From positions 1 through 57,430 of the IMG/VR virus record IMGVR_UViG_3300047557_002126: DNA of 57,430 bases, one strand, 5' to 3'. The stretch comes from a virus (Duplodnaviria > Caudoviricetes). Below the pieces are notes generated by a model, which saw nothing but the letters and a program-made list of their open reading frames with translations, was not told where the DNA came from and ran no database searches. The translations under genes were made by a program, and so were the position numbers. How positions within the stretch are numbered: the first letter of the stretch is position 1; each line of letters opens with the position of its first letter. Shown here one piece after another: positions 35,454-45,029 of the stretch.

Positions 35454-36146
35454 TCAAACGGTTTCGTAACCGGTTGTTAATCCATATGCGCCAAATGGAT
35501 TCATTGCTGTTTGAAGAACATTGCCGAGAATTTGTTGTTTAAATGCACCCAGTAATGTTTGTGGTTCTCTCTTTTGTTCCGCCTTGCGTGGCTCGTAATT
35601 TGTGCCAAGCATAAAAGCTTCGATCAAATCACCGGTACGACGCTGAGATTCGTCATAGCTAATACCAGGATTTGCAGCAACGCTTGTATTGGTCAGATCT
35701 GTTGCCTCGCCTAAGGTCTTCATGTGACCATAGCCAAGTTCATATTTCTGGTCTGGTGTTGTCCAGGTAGCAAGGTTTCCATAGCCACCTACATTAGAAC
35801 GAGGGGTAAATTTAATGTCGCCCTCAACATAAATCTCTGTCCCTTCTTTACCTGCGTAATCGCGCCCGCGATGATATCTACTTGCGCCGGGAATGCCTGT
35901 ATTGCGTGGACCCCATCCAGATGTCATGGTTAGTCCAGCAGCCGGATTTAAAATAACCTGACCGCTTTTATCTTGAATATATTTGGGTACGCGATTTGGA
36001 CCCACACGTACGTTTAAAAATTTGCTGCGGTGAATACCAGGATCTTCGTATTCACCAGTAACTAAATTTTTTACATACGCATGAAGATGGGGGCCACTAG
36101 ATACACCAGTGGATCCAAGCTGTCCGAGTCTTGTAATCTTTGCCAT
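35454..36146 (-). CDS. M23 peptidase with permuted motif order
   Basis: GSTGVSSGPHLH at the N terminus, then HRGRD, GGYGN and YGHM. Confidence 0.8.
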   Translation of the reverse strand: MAKITRLGQLGSTGVSSGPHLHAYVKNLVTGEYEDPGIHRSKFLNVRVGPNRVPKYIQDKSGQVILNPAAGLTMTSGWGPRNTGIPGASRYHRGRDYAGKEGTEIYVEGDIKFTPRSNVGGYGNLATWTTPDQKYELGYGHMKTLGEATDLTNTSVAANPGISYDESQRRTGDLIEAFMLGTNYEPRKAEQKREPQTLLGAFKQQILGNVLQTAMNPFGAYGLTTGYETV

Positions 36147-36162
36147 GATTACATTTTAAAAC

Positions 36163-36192
36163 AAGAAAACCCCCGGTTTCCCAGGGGTTCTT
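36163..36192 (-). terminator. intrinsic terminator of the capsid operon
   Basis: Minus strand AACCCCTGG-GAAA-CCGGGGGTT followed by TTCTT. Confidence 0.75.
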
Positions 36193-36201
36193 GAGATGAG
36201 A

Positions 36202-36612
36202 TTAAACCCTAATCAGATCGGCTGCCATCACAGCCTCCCAATCAACTCTTTTAATTTGTTTTAACTGCTCAAGACTGTTAAATCTTTCACCCGACAAAGA
36301 CATCTGAAGATCTTTGATTTCCCGAGCAGTCTTCAGTCCAATGCCCTTGATATGATCAGCGATCATCTGAGCAGTGGCCGAATTAATATTTAATCGGGTA
36401 TCAGGGGGAAAGGCGCGGGGCTCTTCTTGTGCCGCTCGATCTTTTACCTGAAGAGTTTTAACCTTTTTGGTTGCACCTTCGTCAGGTTCAATTTCTGTTT
36501 TGTAAACGGTATAAAGGCGACCGTCCTGATCCTCGACCATGAACCAATCGCCGTTATCCCATTCGCTAACAACTTTGACGCGAGCGCCGTTCTTTTTGTG
36601 CTTATAGAGCAT
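36202..36612 (-). CDS. helix-hairpin-helix (ComEA-like) protein
   Basis: RLNINSAT...IKGIG...A..I.......F.SLEQL..I. Confidence 0.8.
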   Translation of the reverse strand: MLYKHKKNGARVKVVSEWDNGDWFMVEDQDGRLYTVYKTEIEPDEGATKKVKTLQVKDRAAQEEPRAFPPDTRLNINSATAQMIADHIKGIGLKTAREIKDLQMSLSGERFNSLEQLKQIKRVDWEAVMAADLIRV

Positions 36613-36652
36613 AAGGACCAGGGATCAAATCTCTGGTCCTAGTTTACCCCAA

Positions 36653-37456
36653 TCAGCTGACAGTGCGACCGGTCAGATAACCGTCGATGTCTTCGTAGCC
36701 AGGAGCTTCGTCGGGCTGGATGTAGCACACTTCCACAACCAGGTAACCGGTACGGCCAGCATTGGCATCACCGCTGGAGATGTAGAAACCACCAGAAGTT
36801 GTGGTGCTGTTAGCAGTCTCCTTAGCGAACACCTTCAGGGTGGTAGCAGCGGTAGCGGCGTAGTTCACGTTACCGGCGGTCACACCAGCAGCGCCCGAAG
36901 CGATCAGGAAAGGATTGGTGCTGTAAGCAGCGGAACCACCAGCGAAGAAGATTTCACCAGCCTGGGTACCAGACACAGTGGAGGCCAGGTTGGCCTGGAT
37001 CACACCTTCGCCAATACCGGAGGCAGCGGTAGGGCTGCCAGCATTGGAGCGACCGAAGGAGATCACGTTGCCGGTAGCGGCATACACACCGGAAGCCACG
37101 CGGCCATCACCCCAGCCAGAAGCCACGGAGATGGTGGTGCGGTACACATAAGCAGGCAGAGTGCTGCTACCAGAGATCACCATGCCGGTGATGTCGGGCC
37201 GGGTGTCGTCCTGGCGATAGGGCGAAGGAACGATCACATCAGCCGAAGCCACAGCGCCAGCGCCAGAGGTGGTGGTCACAGGGACATAACCACGCTGCTG
37301 GAAGTAACGATAACCAGGAACGGCCAGCACAGAAGTGGGGCCACCCTTGGACGAATCGTTGGTGCCGTTGTCGTTGGTATCAATGTTCTTGTACCAACCG
37401 TTCAGAGGCTCTGCCCAGTTACCTGGGTAGATCTTTTTAGCAGACAAATAAGTCAT
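36653..37456 (-). CDS. abundant virion structural protein (capsid decoration-like)
   Basis: Directly after the capsid gene, AAGGAG SD, same strong codon bias. Confidence 0.7.
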   Translation of the reverse strand: MTYLSAKKIYPGNWAEPLNGWYKNIDTNDNGTNDSSKGGPTSVLAVPGYRYFQQRGYVPVTTTSGAGAVASADVIVPSPYRQDDTRPDITGMVISGSSTLPAYVYRTTISVASGWGDGRVASGVYAATGNVISFGRSNAGSPTAASGIGEGVIQANLASTVSGTQAGEIFFAGGSAAYSTNPFLIASGAAGVTAGNVNYAATAATTLKVFAKETANSTTTSGGFYISSGDANAGRTGYLVVEVCYIQPDEAPGYEDIDGYLTGRTVS

Positions 37457-37490
37457 TTATTTCTCCTTTTGTTTTGTGCTAAGAGAATTA

Positions 37491-38654
37491 TCAGATGCTG
37501 CCGTCGTCAGACACGAAGCTGAAGGCAGTGGTCACGAAGTCCTTGTTCAGGATTTCGAAGCCAGCGTACAGCTGCCAAATCAAAATGATGAAGCGGCTGA
37601 AGTCGTCGTTGTTGTTGATGAGGACCTGAGCGTTCGGGCCACCGATACCAACACCAATCGCCTGAGGACCGAAGAAGTAACCTTGGGCAACTTCTTGGGA
37701 GGTGTAGCTGGAACCACCATCGAACGAAGCGGTGACGTTCTTGGTCGGGAAGTTGGTCGACTCGAAGAACTTAACGCCTTCAAACTGCACGCCAGTCGGC
37801 ATCACAGGCTCACCAGCCAGGAAGTAGCCCTGACCAGCTTGGGGACCCATGTAGAACGATGCGTTGTTAGGCATCGCAGGGTTGCCCATGTACATGCCCT
37901 GACCGGGGTTGCCAGCGTAACGGGCAATCTCACGGAAGTCAGGATCACGACGCAGGTGCATCATGAAGGTGGGATCGCAAATGCAGCGATACAGACCATC
38001 AGCGTAGGTAGGAACGTTACGCTTACGCAGGTCCTTCACCACATTCAGCAGGTCGGTACGGACCTGGAACTGCTGCACCTGGTTGCCGTACTCGGTGGTG
38101 GTGTAAGAAATACGACCGGAAGCATCTTTGTTTTTACCACCAGCGAAGTAGTAACCGCCCTGGGTGGTAGAAGCTTCACCATTGGCTTCGGCTTTGGCGA
38201 GTTCATCAATGAACACGCGGTCGCGCCAACGGCGATAGTCGTCGAGCAGCGTCAGGCTACCGATCGACTGATGGAACATGTTGAGGTTACCGGTGTCCAG
38301 CAGAAGACGCTGGGCGGTAATCAGGGTCTCACGAGCAATCTTGAAGGTGCTCGGCTGGGTCGGATCGCCCGGATCAGCAGGACCGGTGTACTCTTTCAGC
38401 ACCACAAGCACCTTTTCCTTGGTGATGTTGCGGCTGTTAGCAGTACCGATAGTCTGGTCAGCAATACGCTCCCGGCTATCCTTCGTGCCAGGGCTACCCC
38501 AGAACTTGTAGCGGTCTAACTGAACGGTTTGACCAGGCTGACGGGTGAAGTCGTGAACAACCACGGGCTCCACTGCCATTTCAGCGATGTAGGCAGGATG
38601 CGGACGGTAGAGTTCCGCACCAAGGATTTTTGGAAAATCGTTATCAAGAAACAC
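37491..38654 (-). CDS. major capsid protein (N4 gp56-like)
   Basis: GQTVQLDRY, L.EY, G...GV.F.EST, ...DDF.R...L.W pattern; GGAGG SD; strong codon bias; downstream of portal and scaffold. Confidence 0.85.
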   Translation of the reverse strand: MFLDNDFPKILGAELYRPHPAYIAEMAVEPVVVHDFTRQPGQTVQLDRYKFWGSPGTKDSRERIADQTIGTANSRNITKEKVLVVLKEYTGPADPGDPTQPSTFKIARETLITAQRLLLDTGNLNMFHQSIGSLTLLDDYRRWRDRVFIDELAKAEANGEASTTQGGYYFAGGKNKDASGRISYTTTEYGNQVQQFQVRTDLLNVVKDLRKRNVPTYADGLYRCICDPTFMMHLRRDPDFREIARYAGNPGQGMYMGNPAMPNNASFYMGPQAGQGYFLAGEPVMPTGVQFEGVKFFESTNFPTKNVTASFDGGSSYTSQEVAQGYFFGPQAIGVGIGGPNAQVLINNNDDFSRFIILIWQLYAGFEILNKDFVTTAFSFVSDDGSI

Positions 38655-38764
38655 TGTTTAATATCCTCCAGAGTCGCAGGACTTGTGGGTGAAAGATTTA
38701 GACAAGTTTTGTCTTATCTAAAACAAATTTTAGCAGGATCTAATTTTTTGTTTAAATAAACAAA

Positions 38765-39256
38765 TTAGACGTACTGCAGATTACTGGAACCATAAGATTC
38801 CGGATTAATTCCTTGCTGCATTCCAGGAATTCCGATGGCGTTGTAAATGTCTGCACCGCCACCACCGGCAAGGCCGCCAATACCTGCTGCAATAGGAACA
38901 CCTAAGGCTCCTTGAACAGCAAGAGTTGTAGGCAGCGTACGAGCACTATTTACAGCTTGCTTAGCTGAAATTTTTGCTGCACCAGCAGCTACTGCATCAC
39001 CAGAACGACGGGCTTTGCTAGCAGCACGGATGGCATCAATTGCATTTTGCTTTCCAAGAGCGCGTGCCCTTGGTGCAAGGCCAGCAACAAAACCAGGAAT
39101 TGCGGCAAGTGATGCAGCATTTAATGCCTCCATGCCCAAACGAAGCGGACCTTCACCTCGTTCGTCATCCATTACGTTGCCAATAAGAGAGCCACCAGCG
39201 CCGAGAACAGCGCCGGTAGCAGCTCCAATCAGTGGTCCGTATTTACCGGCTAACAC
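38765..39256 (-). CDS. Gly/Ala-rich hypothetical protein
   Basis: ORF track; glycine-zipper hydrophobic segments. Confidence 0.7.
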   Translation of the reverse strand: MLAGKYGPLIGAATGAVLGAGGSLIGNVMDDERGEGPLRLGMEALNAASLAAIPGFVAGLAPRARALGKQNAIDAIRAASKARRSGDAVAAGAAKISAKQAVNSARTLPTTLAVQGALGVPIAAGIGGLAGGGGADIYNAIGIPGMQQGINPESYGSSNLQYV

Positions 39257-39260
39257 TGAA

Positions 39261-40268
39261 TCACTCCATTACAAACAGTTTGTTGGCAACGGTTTGAGGC
39301 TGAGCTTGATTCAGAACACGCCAGGCGTTCTGGGGATCACGTGCCATCATTTCGCTGAAGGTGCCCCAGAAGTTTTCAGGCTGTTGAGGAGCAGCTGCAG
39401 CGGGAGGAGCGGGGAACTCACCAATCTGGCTGTAAGCATCAGTGGTGGGATAGCCACGGGTCTCCAGTTCAGCTTCGCTTTCATACACCGGGCAAGGACC
39501 TTCGGGACCGAAGAACTTAAGGGTGTAATCGCTCAGAACATCTGGGTTGGTAAGAATCTCGTTATAAGCAAGATTCTCCTGGTGCTCATTAACTGCAAAG
39601 TTGGCATAACCAACAATCAGATTTTGGGCACGCTCGCCCCAGGCAACAGCACTATCCAGCATCTGTTCCAGCTGGACGGCGTAATTATTTAGAACGGCGG
39701 GAGCTTCGGTTCCGAACGCGTTTAGCACCTCGCGTGTTTCCGGACTCATCCGGTAATAATCCGCGATCGCGTTGTCCACTTCCGCGCTCGGATCCTGATT
39801 CAGAGCCTGTGAGAGCGCCGAATAAATTGGGGAAGAGTTGGGAGAGTAATCCTGGCTGGGCGACCAAGTCGGCTGAGCCGATGGTTGCATAGCTGGGCTG
39901 CTGACTTGGCCGTAATTCGCCGGGGTAAATTGAGTCGGCGGAATCGATGGTTGAGCCTGGAACGGGGATTGAACTGGTGCGCTCAGCAGGTTCACCACCT
40001 TGTTGAACGCCGATTCCCAGGGATTCCCCGCCGGTTCCGAAGTCGGTTGGGATTGGGGGGCGTACGCTGTAGGGGCGGATTGGTAGCTGGGGCTCGCCTG
40101 TGGTACTGCTTGGGGGTAGCTGGTACCCACCTGATAAGCCACTGGAGCTGCCTGGTAGCTGGGGGCTGGTGCCGCCGCTGTCGGAGCTGCCACCACGTAG
40201 CTGCTGGGGGCTACTGCTACTGGTGCTTGGCTCGTCTGTGGGGTCGATTGGACGGTAGCGTCCTGCAT
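39261..40268 (-). CDS. putative capsid scaffolding protein
   Basis: P/A/Q/S-rich and acidic; lies between portal and capsid; AAGGAG SD before the ATG. Confidence 0.7.
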   Translation of the reverse strand: MQDATVQSTPQTSQAPVAVAPSSYVVAAPTAAAPAPSYQAAPVAYQVGTSYPQAVPQASPSYQSAPTAYAPQSQPTSEPAGNPWESAFNKVVNLLSAPVQSPFQAQPSIPPTQFTPANYGQVSSPAMQPSAQPTWSPSQDYSPNSSPIYSALSQALNQDPSAEVDNAIADYYRMSPETREVLNAFGTEAPAVLNNYAVQLEQMLDSAVAWGERAQNLIVGYANFAVNEHQENLAYNEILTNPDVLSDYTLKFFGPEGPCPVYESEAELETRGYPTTDAYSQIGEFPAPPAAAAPQQPENFWGTFSEMMARDPQNAWRVLNQAQPQTVANKLFVME

Positions 40269-42018
40269 AACTCATCTCCTTTTGTAATGCTTCTAAGGTG
40301 CGATACAGATATGGGGTTAAATCCAATCGCGGATCCGCAGCCATCGGTAAGTCCGGTGATTGCGGGTGGGGAGTCTGCATCATCCCCCCCACAAGGCGAG
40401 CAAATTGAGAATAAGCATTCTGCAATTCATTCACCATCCTGAACGGGAACCCAGATAACATCTCGGCCCTTTCCTCGTCCGTTTTAGACGGAAAGAGGTA
40501 CTTCAGTGCTTCAATGCTATCAACACCTAATTCCTGAAGGTTCCTAACAACGATAGAGTTGTTAAGAATATCCTGCGTTGAATCTTCATACACAGGTCCA
40601 GTCCAGCGCCATAACATTGTTACATCGCCGTCAGGAATCAAGCCAATAACACCTGGTGGAATCATTTTTGTTTCCACGCAAGCCATCATGATTTCTTTAA
40701 CTTGATCGTTAAATACTTTCATTGCTTCTTTGTAACCGTTGATGTCTGCTTCGCTTGCATCAACAGGCAGATCGACTGGTTTTTCAATACCAGCGGCAGC
40801 CGCTAACGACTGACGGAACATTTGCTCTTCCTGGTAAATAATTAATTCCAAGCAACGGCAAATGCCATATGTATAAATTGCGTTTGCTTTTTTCTTTGAA
40901 GTTGCAGAAACGCGGCCAAACAATGATTTGTACTCCGTTGCAGTCACGCCAGCAGAAATAGAAAGTTCGTCTACACCACCAAGTGCTGTGCGAATCTCTT
41001 CCCTATACTGACGAGCAAATTGATTTTGATCACCAGTGATAGCATCTGGAACAATGTAACCAACTCGATCGTTTGGCTCCAGGTTTGCAATGATGCGTGG
41101 AACACGAATCTGTCCATCAACACCACGGCTGACCGGATCAGCCTTGAACATTGACGCACTTAATTGAGAAGGACTTGTAAAACCAGAGTTTGCTGCAATA
41201 GAAGGACGTTGAACAACAGAATCTCCACCGGCCTCAATTAGATCTGTCTTGGGACGAGAAGAAAGAAGGGTTGGGTTACCAAAGAACTGAACGTTTTTGC
41301 GCATGGTGCGAACCATTTCGTCATGCGTGACAATATGGTTGGCCATTGCATCAAATTCACCAACACCCTCATTAGCAAAGCCTTTGGGGTTGTTAAAGAT
41401 TTCAACGCAAGGAATAAATCCAAGTGTATTTTTAAATGTTTTAGTTTTGCCTGTTACGGCATATTCAGGGAGATCAAAAGAAAGCTCGCCTTCCGAATGA
41501 GTTTCTTTAATTTCTTTTCTTTTAATTGACAGACGGATGTATCGACGGGATCCGTTGCTATCCCCAATAGATTTACCAGTTAAATTTGTTTGATTAATAT
41601 CAGCGCCAAATCCACCTGGCCGACGAATCTTGTAGCTGTAGATCACCACGACTTCATCAAGCTCGCCATCTACGTTGTAGAACGTACGATATTCATGTTC
41701 TCGGAAATAATAGATGCGATAGTTAATTTTGGTTGGACGAATATAAAAAAGGCCCTTGCCATCACAAAGAAAATAATCCCAGATGGAATCCAGGCGAACA
41801 TCAATTTGATTGTATTTAATTACTCGATCGATAAAATCTTTGCGCTGATTACCGAAGTTATCTTGGCTGGGAAAAAATTCAACACCCTGGCGGATGCCAA
41901 ACATTTTCATCTGCGCTAAATGAGAGGCAACAACACCTGTATCGACAACCGTAGAGCTGTCTTTGTCGATGTAGGCATTAATAATTTCTTGAAGCCTAGC
42001 TTTAGCGTCAGCAGCCAT
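39685..42018 (-). CDS. portal protein with long C-terminal extension overlapping the scaffold gene
   Basis: Between terminase and capsid; N.LGFIP.V...N....G.GE motif; GAGG SD. Confidence 0.8.
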   Translation of the reverse strand: MAADAKARLQEIINAYIDKDSSTVVDTGVVASHLAQMKMFGIRQGVEFFPSQDNFGNQRKDFIDRVIKYNQIDVRLDSIWDYFLCDGKGLFYIRPTKINYRIYYFREHEYRTFYNVDGELDEVVVIYSYKIRRPGGFGADINQTNLTGKSIGDSNGSRRYIRLSIKRKEIKETHSEGELSFDLPEYAVTGKTKTFKNTLGFIPCVEIFNNPKGFANEGVGEFDAMANHIVTHDEMVRTMRKNVQFFGNPTLLSSRPKTDLIEAGGDSVVQRPSIAANSGFTSPSQLSASMFKADPVSRGVDGQIRVPRIIANLEPNDRVGYIVPDAITGDQNQFARQYREEIRTALGGVDELSISAGVTATEYKSLFGRVSATSKKKANAIYTYGICRCLELIIYQEEQMFRQSLAAAAGIEKPVDLPVDASEADINGYKEAMKVFNDQVKEIMMACVETKMIPPGVIGLIPDGDVTMLWRWTGPVYEDSTQDILNNSIVVRNLQELGVDSIEALKYLFPSKTDEERAEMLSGFPFRMVNELQNAYSQFARLVGGMMQTPHPQSPDLPMAADPRLDLTPYLYRTLEALQKEMSYAGRYRPIDPTDEPSTSSSSPQQLRGGSSDSGGTSPQLPGSSSGLSGGYQLPPSSTTGEPQLPIRPYSVRPPIPTDFGTGGESLGIGVQQGGEPAERTSSIPVPGSTIDSADSIYPGELRPSQQPSYATIGSADLVAQPGLLSQLFPNLFGALTGSESGSERGSGQRDRGLLPDESGNTRGAKRVRNRSSRRSK

Positions 42019-42164
42019 TAAGTATTAACCTCACTATTTAAATTGATCTTAGCAGTTTTCTTTTGTTTCTTTTCAAGTAACCACCGGTCAAAAAAAGCTA
42101 GCTCCGCAGGAGAGAAAAGATCTGGATGTTCCAGTGCTTGTTTAACTAGCTTTTTCTTTTTCAT
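42018..42164 (-). CDS. small basic protein, 48 aa (MKKKKLVKQALEHPDLFSPAEL...)
   Basis: Translated by hand; coupled at both ends (TGATG and TAATG). Confidence 0.7.
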   Translation of the reverse strand: MKKKKLVKQALEHPDLFSPAELAFFDRWLLEKKQKKTAKINLNSEVNT

Positions 42165-42628
42165 CAGGAAACAAATTTATTTTGAAACCCGGCGGGAATG
42201 CTTGCGTTCCAAGGGACAGTGCTACCTGGTGTTGGGCCAGGGCGCTCCCACATTGGTTGTGGACGGAAATTAGGATTACCAGGGGGCTTAATCATACCTG
42301 GATTCCAGCCTGGGGCAGGAAGTGGCGTATTCGGGCCACGGGGGATTTCAGAAGCAACTGCACCAAGATTACCTGGGGCACCAGGAATTAATGAATCACC
42401 AAAAGCAAGCGGAAGCTGTGGGCCAGCACCGGGCATAATTCCACGACGCATCAGCTCATCGTTGAGTTGTTGATTCTGCTGGGTACCGCCCTCGTAAAGA
42501 CGCTTCAGCTGCTCGCCAGACCTGCCGCCAAGTGCTCCTGGACGCTTGTTAATTTCAAAGCTAGGACCTCCAGCGAGCATACCAGCTTGATTTCCCACCG
42601 AAGGAGCACCGTTGTAGTAACGAATCAT
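42164..42628 (-). CDS. P/G-rich hypothetical protein
   Basis: ATG at 42628 with GGAGG upstream. Confidence 0.65.
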   Translation of the reverse strand: MIRYYNGAPSVGNQAGMLAGGPSFEINKRPGALGGRSGEQLKRLYEGGTQQNQQLNDELMRRGIMPGAGPQLPLAFGDSLIPGAPGNLGAVASEIPRGPNTPLPAPGWNPGMIKPPGNPNFRPQPMWERPGPTPGSTVPWNASIPAGFQNKFVS

Positions 42629-42629
42629 T

Positions 42630-42812
42630 TTAATCCTCCAACACCTCGTAACCAGACATTTCATTAAGTCTACTCAATACAACTCCATCTCCCTTAATAT
42701 TCCACTCAAGAATATCGTCCTCTTCCCAGCCAAGCTCCTCAATCAAATCGTCAGGAAATGTGATGAACAAATCACCGTTATCATCTTCCTGCACTTCAAG
42801 GATGTAGCTCAT
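42630..42812 (-). CDS. AbrB/MazE/SpoVT-family small protein
   Basis: I.FP....EELGW...D.LEW pattern. Confidence 0.75.
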   Translation of the reverse strand: MSYILEVQEDDNGDLFITFPDDLIEELGWEEDDILEWNIKGDGVVLSRLNEMSGYEVLED

Positions 42813-43102
42813 TTTGCCAAAAGCTTTTCAATTAGCTTATCAAGCTTAATATTGATTTGCTTAAAGTTGTCATGCATTGTTTGAATTTCCCTCAAAAAAT
42901 CAACTTTCAATACGTATTCCAGAGGCATCCTGTTGATGGTATCTTCAAGTGATTTAATTTTTTCATCTTGACGATGTAGTTCTTCTTGCACATCCCTAAC
43001 GCGTTCGTGTGCACGGTTTAAGAACTTATTCATAACCCAGCTCCCGCCTGTTACAGCAGAACCTACCGCCGTTATGACTAAGGCGAGATACTCGGGACCC
43101 AC
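42809..43102 (-). CDS. membrane-anchored coiled-coil protein
   Basis: N-terminal TM segment, P.EYVLK.DF, ..KLDKL. Confidence 0.7.
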   Translation of the reverse strand: MGPEYLALVITAVGSAVTGGSWVMNKFLNRAHERVRDVQEELHRQDEKIKSLEDTINRMPLEYVLKVDFLREIQTMHDNFKQINIKLDKLIEKLLAK

Positions 43103-43131
43103 TTGACCAAAGCTTTTTTACCATTCTAATT

Positions 43132-44661
43132 TTAGTAATCAAACTGAAGTTGACTTTTTTTAGAAAGACCAGTAACCAACCAAACCAGTGCGTCAACACA
43201 GTCATCGTGACTACTGACACCAAAGTTTGTAAGCTCTTCAAACATATTTGTGAAATTTCGGTAGCGGTTGAAGATAATTTTGCGATCCTCAAACATGCCC
43301 ATAATTCCACGGAAACGAGCCAACTTATCTGCACGGAATCCTTTGACAGGGTGCCAAATTAAGTTATAAAGACCTTCACCGTTTAAGCACACACGCTTGA
43401 AGTCGGCCTCCAGGGATGCCTGGTACTGTACCGCCTCACTCCATACGTCACACGTTGAATATGTTGGGAAGTAATTACCGTTCTCATCTTTTCCAAGTAC
43501 GCACCAATCATTGAGAAGTTCCTTGAGTGCATCTAGTTTTTCAAGGTTACCCATAACGCGCATCCGGCGATAATCAATGATATGAATATGATCACCAATG
43601 CGTCCGCCAAGAACAAATACGGTGTAATCGTTTTTCTCCTTAGTACCAGCAGAGAGGTCAACCCCAACTCCCAAGGCATCAAATTCAGTTGCAATTTCAG
43701 CTTTAACCAACAACTCTGGTGCAAGCGACAGTTCGTTTTGGCGAACAATTTGATTCATGTACTGAAAAGAAAAAGCAATTGGAGCTTGCCGTTTCTTTTC
43801 CTTTAGATAATCCAACGACCACATGTCGGGCCAATAAGATTCTTCTTCTCCAGTTTCATCGTTATTTAAAATTGCAGATAGAACAATCTGTGACCAATTG
43901 TTTTGTGGATTAAAGGTTGTGGCATGCACATCATCATGACGGAACCGTGTACCAAGACAAATGGCCCTGCCACCCTCAAACATGGTGGGTGCAATAACTG
44001 CATTCCAATTATCCTGCATGATTTTACGGATATCTGGATTGGCAATATCAGAAGCTGATTTGATAGGGTCATCGATGATGACCAGGTGAGAACGCTTTGA
44101 AGTCACCGAGCCTTTAAGGCCTGCAGCGCAAAGTGTAAATTGTTCTTCACCAGTGGTGTCGATGCCTGCAAATTTATGGTCAATGGACCAGTACTCATTG
44201 CTGGTTACGTTCTTTAAAAGTTTTACACAAGGGAATACTTCTTGGTATTTTTTGCTTTCAATAATACGTTTAATTGTTGCCGACTTGGAACGAGCAATAT
44301 CAACCGTATAAGAAAGATAAAGAATTTGCAGTGTGCGTTTTGCGAGAGTATGAATGCCAATGGCCCAGGCCGTAAAAAGACCGAGCACTGTTGACTTAGC
44401 AGAACCCCGTGGACCTAACAAATCAATATTGGGGCCAGCAATTTTAATAAGGCAAGAACTGTCCTCGTTTGATACCAGGTGTCGATGCCAGTTTTTGTGG
44501 TGTTGCGCCGGAGGCTTATCTGCTACGTACTCACAAAAGAAACCAAAATCCTCTTGTGCCTTCTTCAGTAAATCTTCGTTATTGCTTTTGCGGACTTTGT
44601 GATTTTTTGCAGCAGCCTGCGCATTCCGCCGATAAGCAAGATGAAGATGAGAAGGAGACAT
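43132..44661 (-). CDS. terL: terminase large subunit
   Basis: PRGSAKST Walker A, IIDD Walker B, GTR, QY.N, GVD and HDD.VDA nuclease motifs. Confidence 0.93.
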   Translation of the reverse strand: MSPSHLHLAYRRNAQAAAKNHKVRKSNNEDLLKKAQEDFGFFCEYVADKPPAQHHKNWHRHLVSNEDSSCLIKIAGPNIDLLGPRGSAKSTVLGLFTAWAIGIHTLAKRTLQILYLSYTVDIARSKSATIKRIIESKKYQEVFPCVKLLKNVTSNEYWSIDHKFAGIDTTGEEQFTLCAAGLKGSVTSKRSHLVIIDDPIKSASDIANPDIRKIMQDNWNAVIAPTMFEGGRAICLGTRFRHDDVHATTFNPQNNWSQIVLSAILNNDETGEEESYWPDMWSLDYLKEKKRQAPIAFSFQYMNQIVRQNELSLAPELLVKAEIATEFDALGVGVDLSAGTKEKNDYTVFVLGGRIGDHIHIIDYRRMRVMGNLEKLDALKELLNDWCVLGKDENGNYFPTYSTCDVWSEAVQYQASLEADFKRVCLNGEGLYNLIWHPVKGFRADKLARFRGIMGMFEDRKIIFNRYRNFTNMFEELTNFGVSSHDDCVDALVWLVTGLSKKSQLQFDY

Positions 44662-44689
44662 ATGTATTCAGCTTTGACTGAATACTAGC

Positions 44690-44848
44690 CTATTTCTTTT
44701 GTTTACGTTTTTGCTCTTGGTATTTACGTGCCTTTTCTAATGCCGCTTTACGTTTTTCTTTATCATTCATCTCAGTGCCGTCTTCGTTTTTAGCTTCTTT
44801 TTTCTTGAAGTGCTCAAGAAGCTGGGGCGGCATTTTATTCTTAGGCAT
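44690..44848 (-). CDS. small basic protein, 52 aa (MPKNKMPPQLLEHFKKK...)
   Basis: Translated by hand; fills the gap. Confidence 0.7.
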   Translation of the reverse strand: MPKNKMPPQLLEHFKKKEAKNEDGTEMNDKEKRKAALEKARKYQEQKRKQKK

Positions 44849-44852
44849 TTAA

Positions 44853-45029
44853 TTAAATAGCGCGACGGGATGTTCCAGGGCCAAATTTAATCCCTGGTCG
44901 ATCTGTTGTGGGACGTACTTCACGTGATGGTTGGGATGGACCACGATCACCCGATTCGTTTGGCTGGGGGCGCATGCCAACTTGTGGCCGGTTTCCAGCA
45001 AGAGGAATGTTAGTGCGTGTTGCGCCCAT
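44853..45029 (-). CDS. hypothetical protein, 58 aa (MGATRTNIPLAGNRPQ...)
   Basis: Translated by hand; fills the gap; TAAAAT upstream. Confidence 0.55.
   Translation of the reverse strand: MGATRTNIPLAGNRPQVGMRPQPNESGDRGPSQPSREVRPTTDRPGIKFGPGTSRRAI

Noticed and set aside
36202-36612. PsbU photosystem II auxiliary gene
   Set aside because: Shares the HhH-like pattern but has no signal peptide and sits in the capsid operon; generic ComEA-like HhH is more likely.
37476-38519. 347-aa plus-strand ORF
   Set aside because: Antisense shadow of the codon-biased major capsid gene; no recognisable motifs.
32028-39770. HIP1 (GCGATCGC) enrichment
   Set aside because: Only two copies noticed by eye; not evidence of enrichment.
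42630-42812. MazEF toxin-antitoxin pair
   Set aside because: No adjacent toxin-like gene; solo AbrB-like genes are common in cyanophages.
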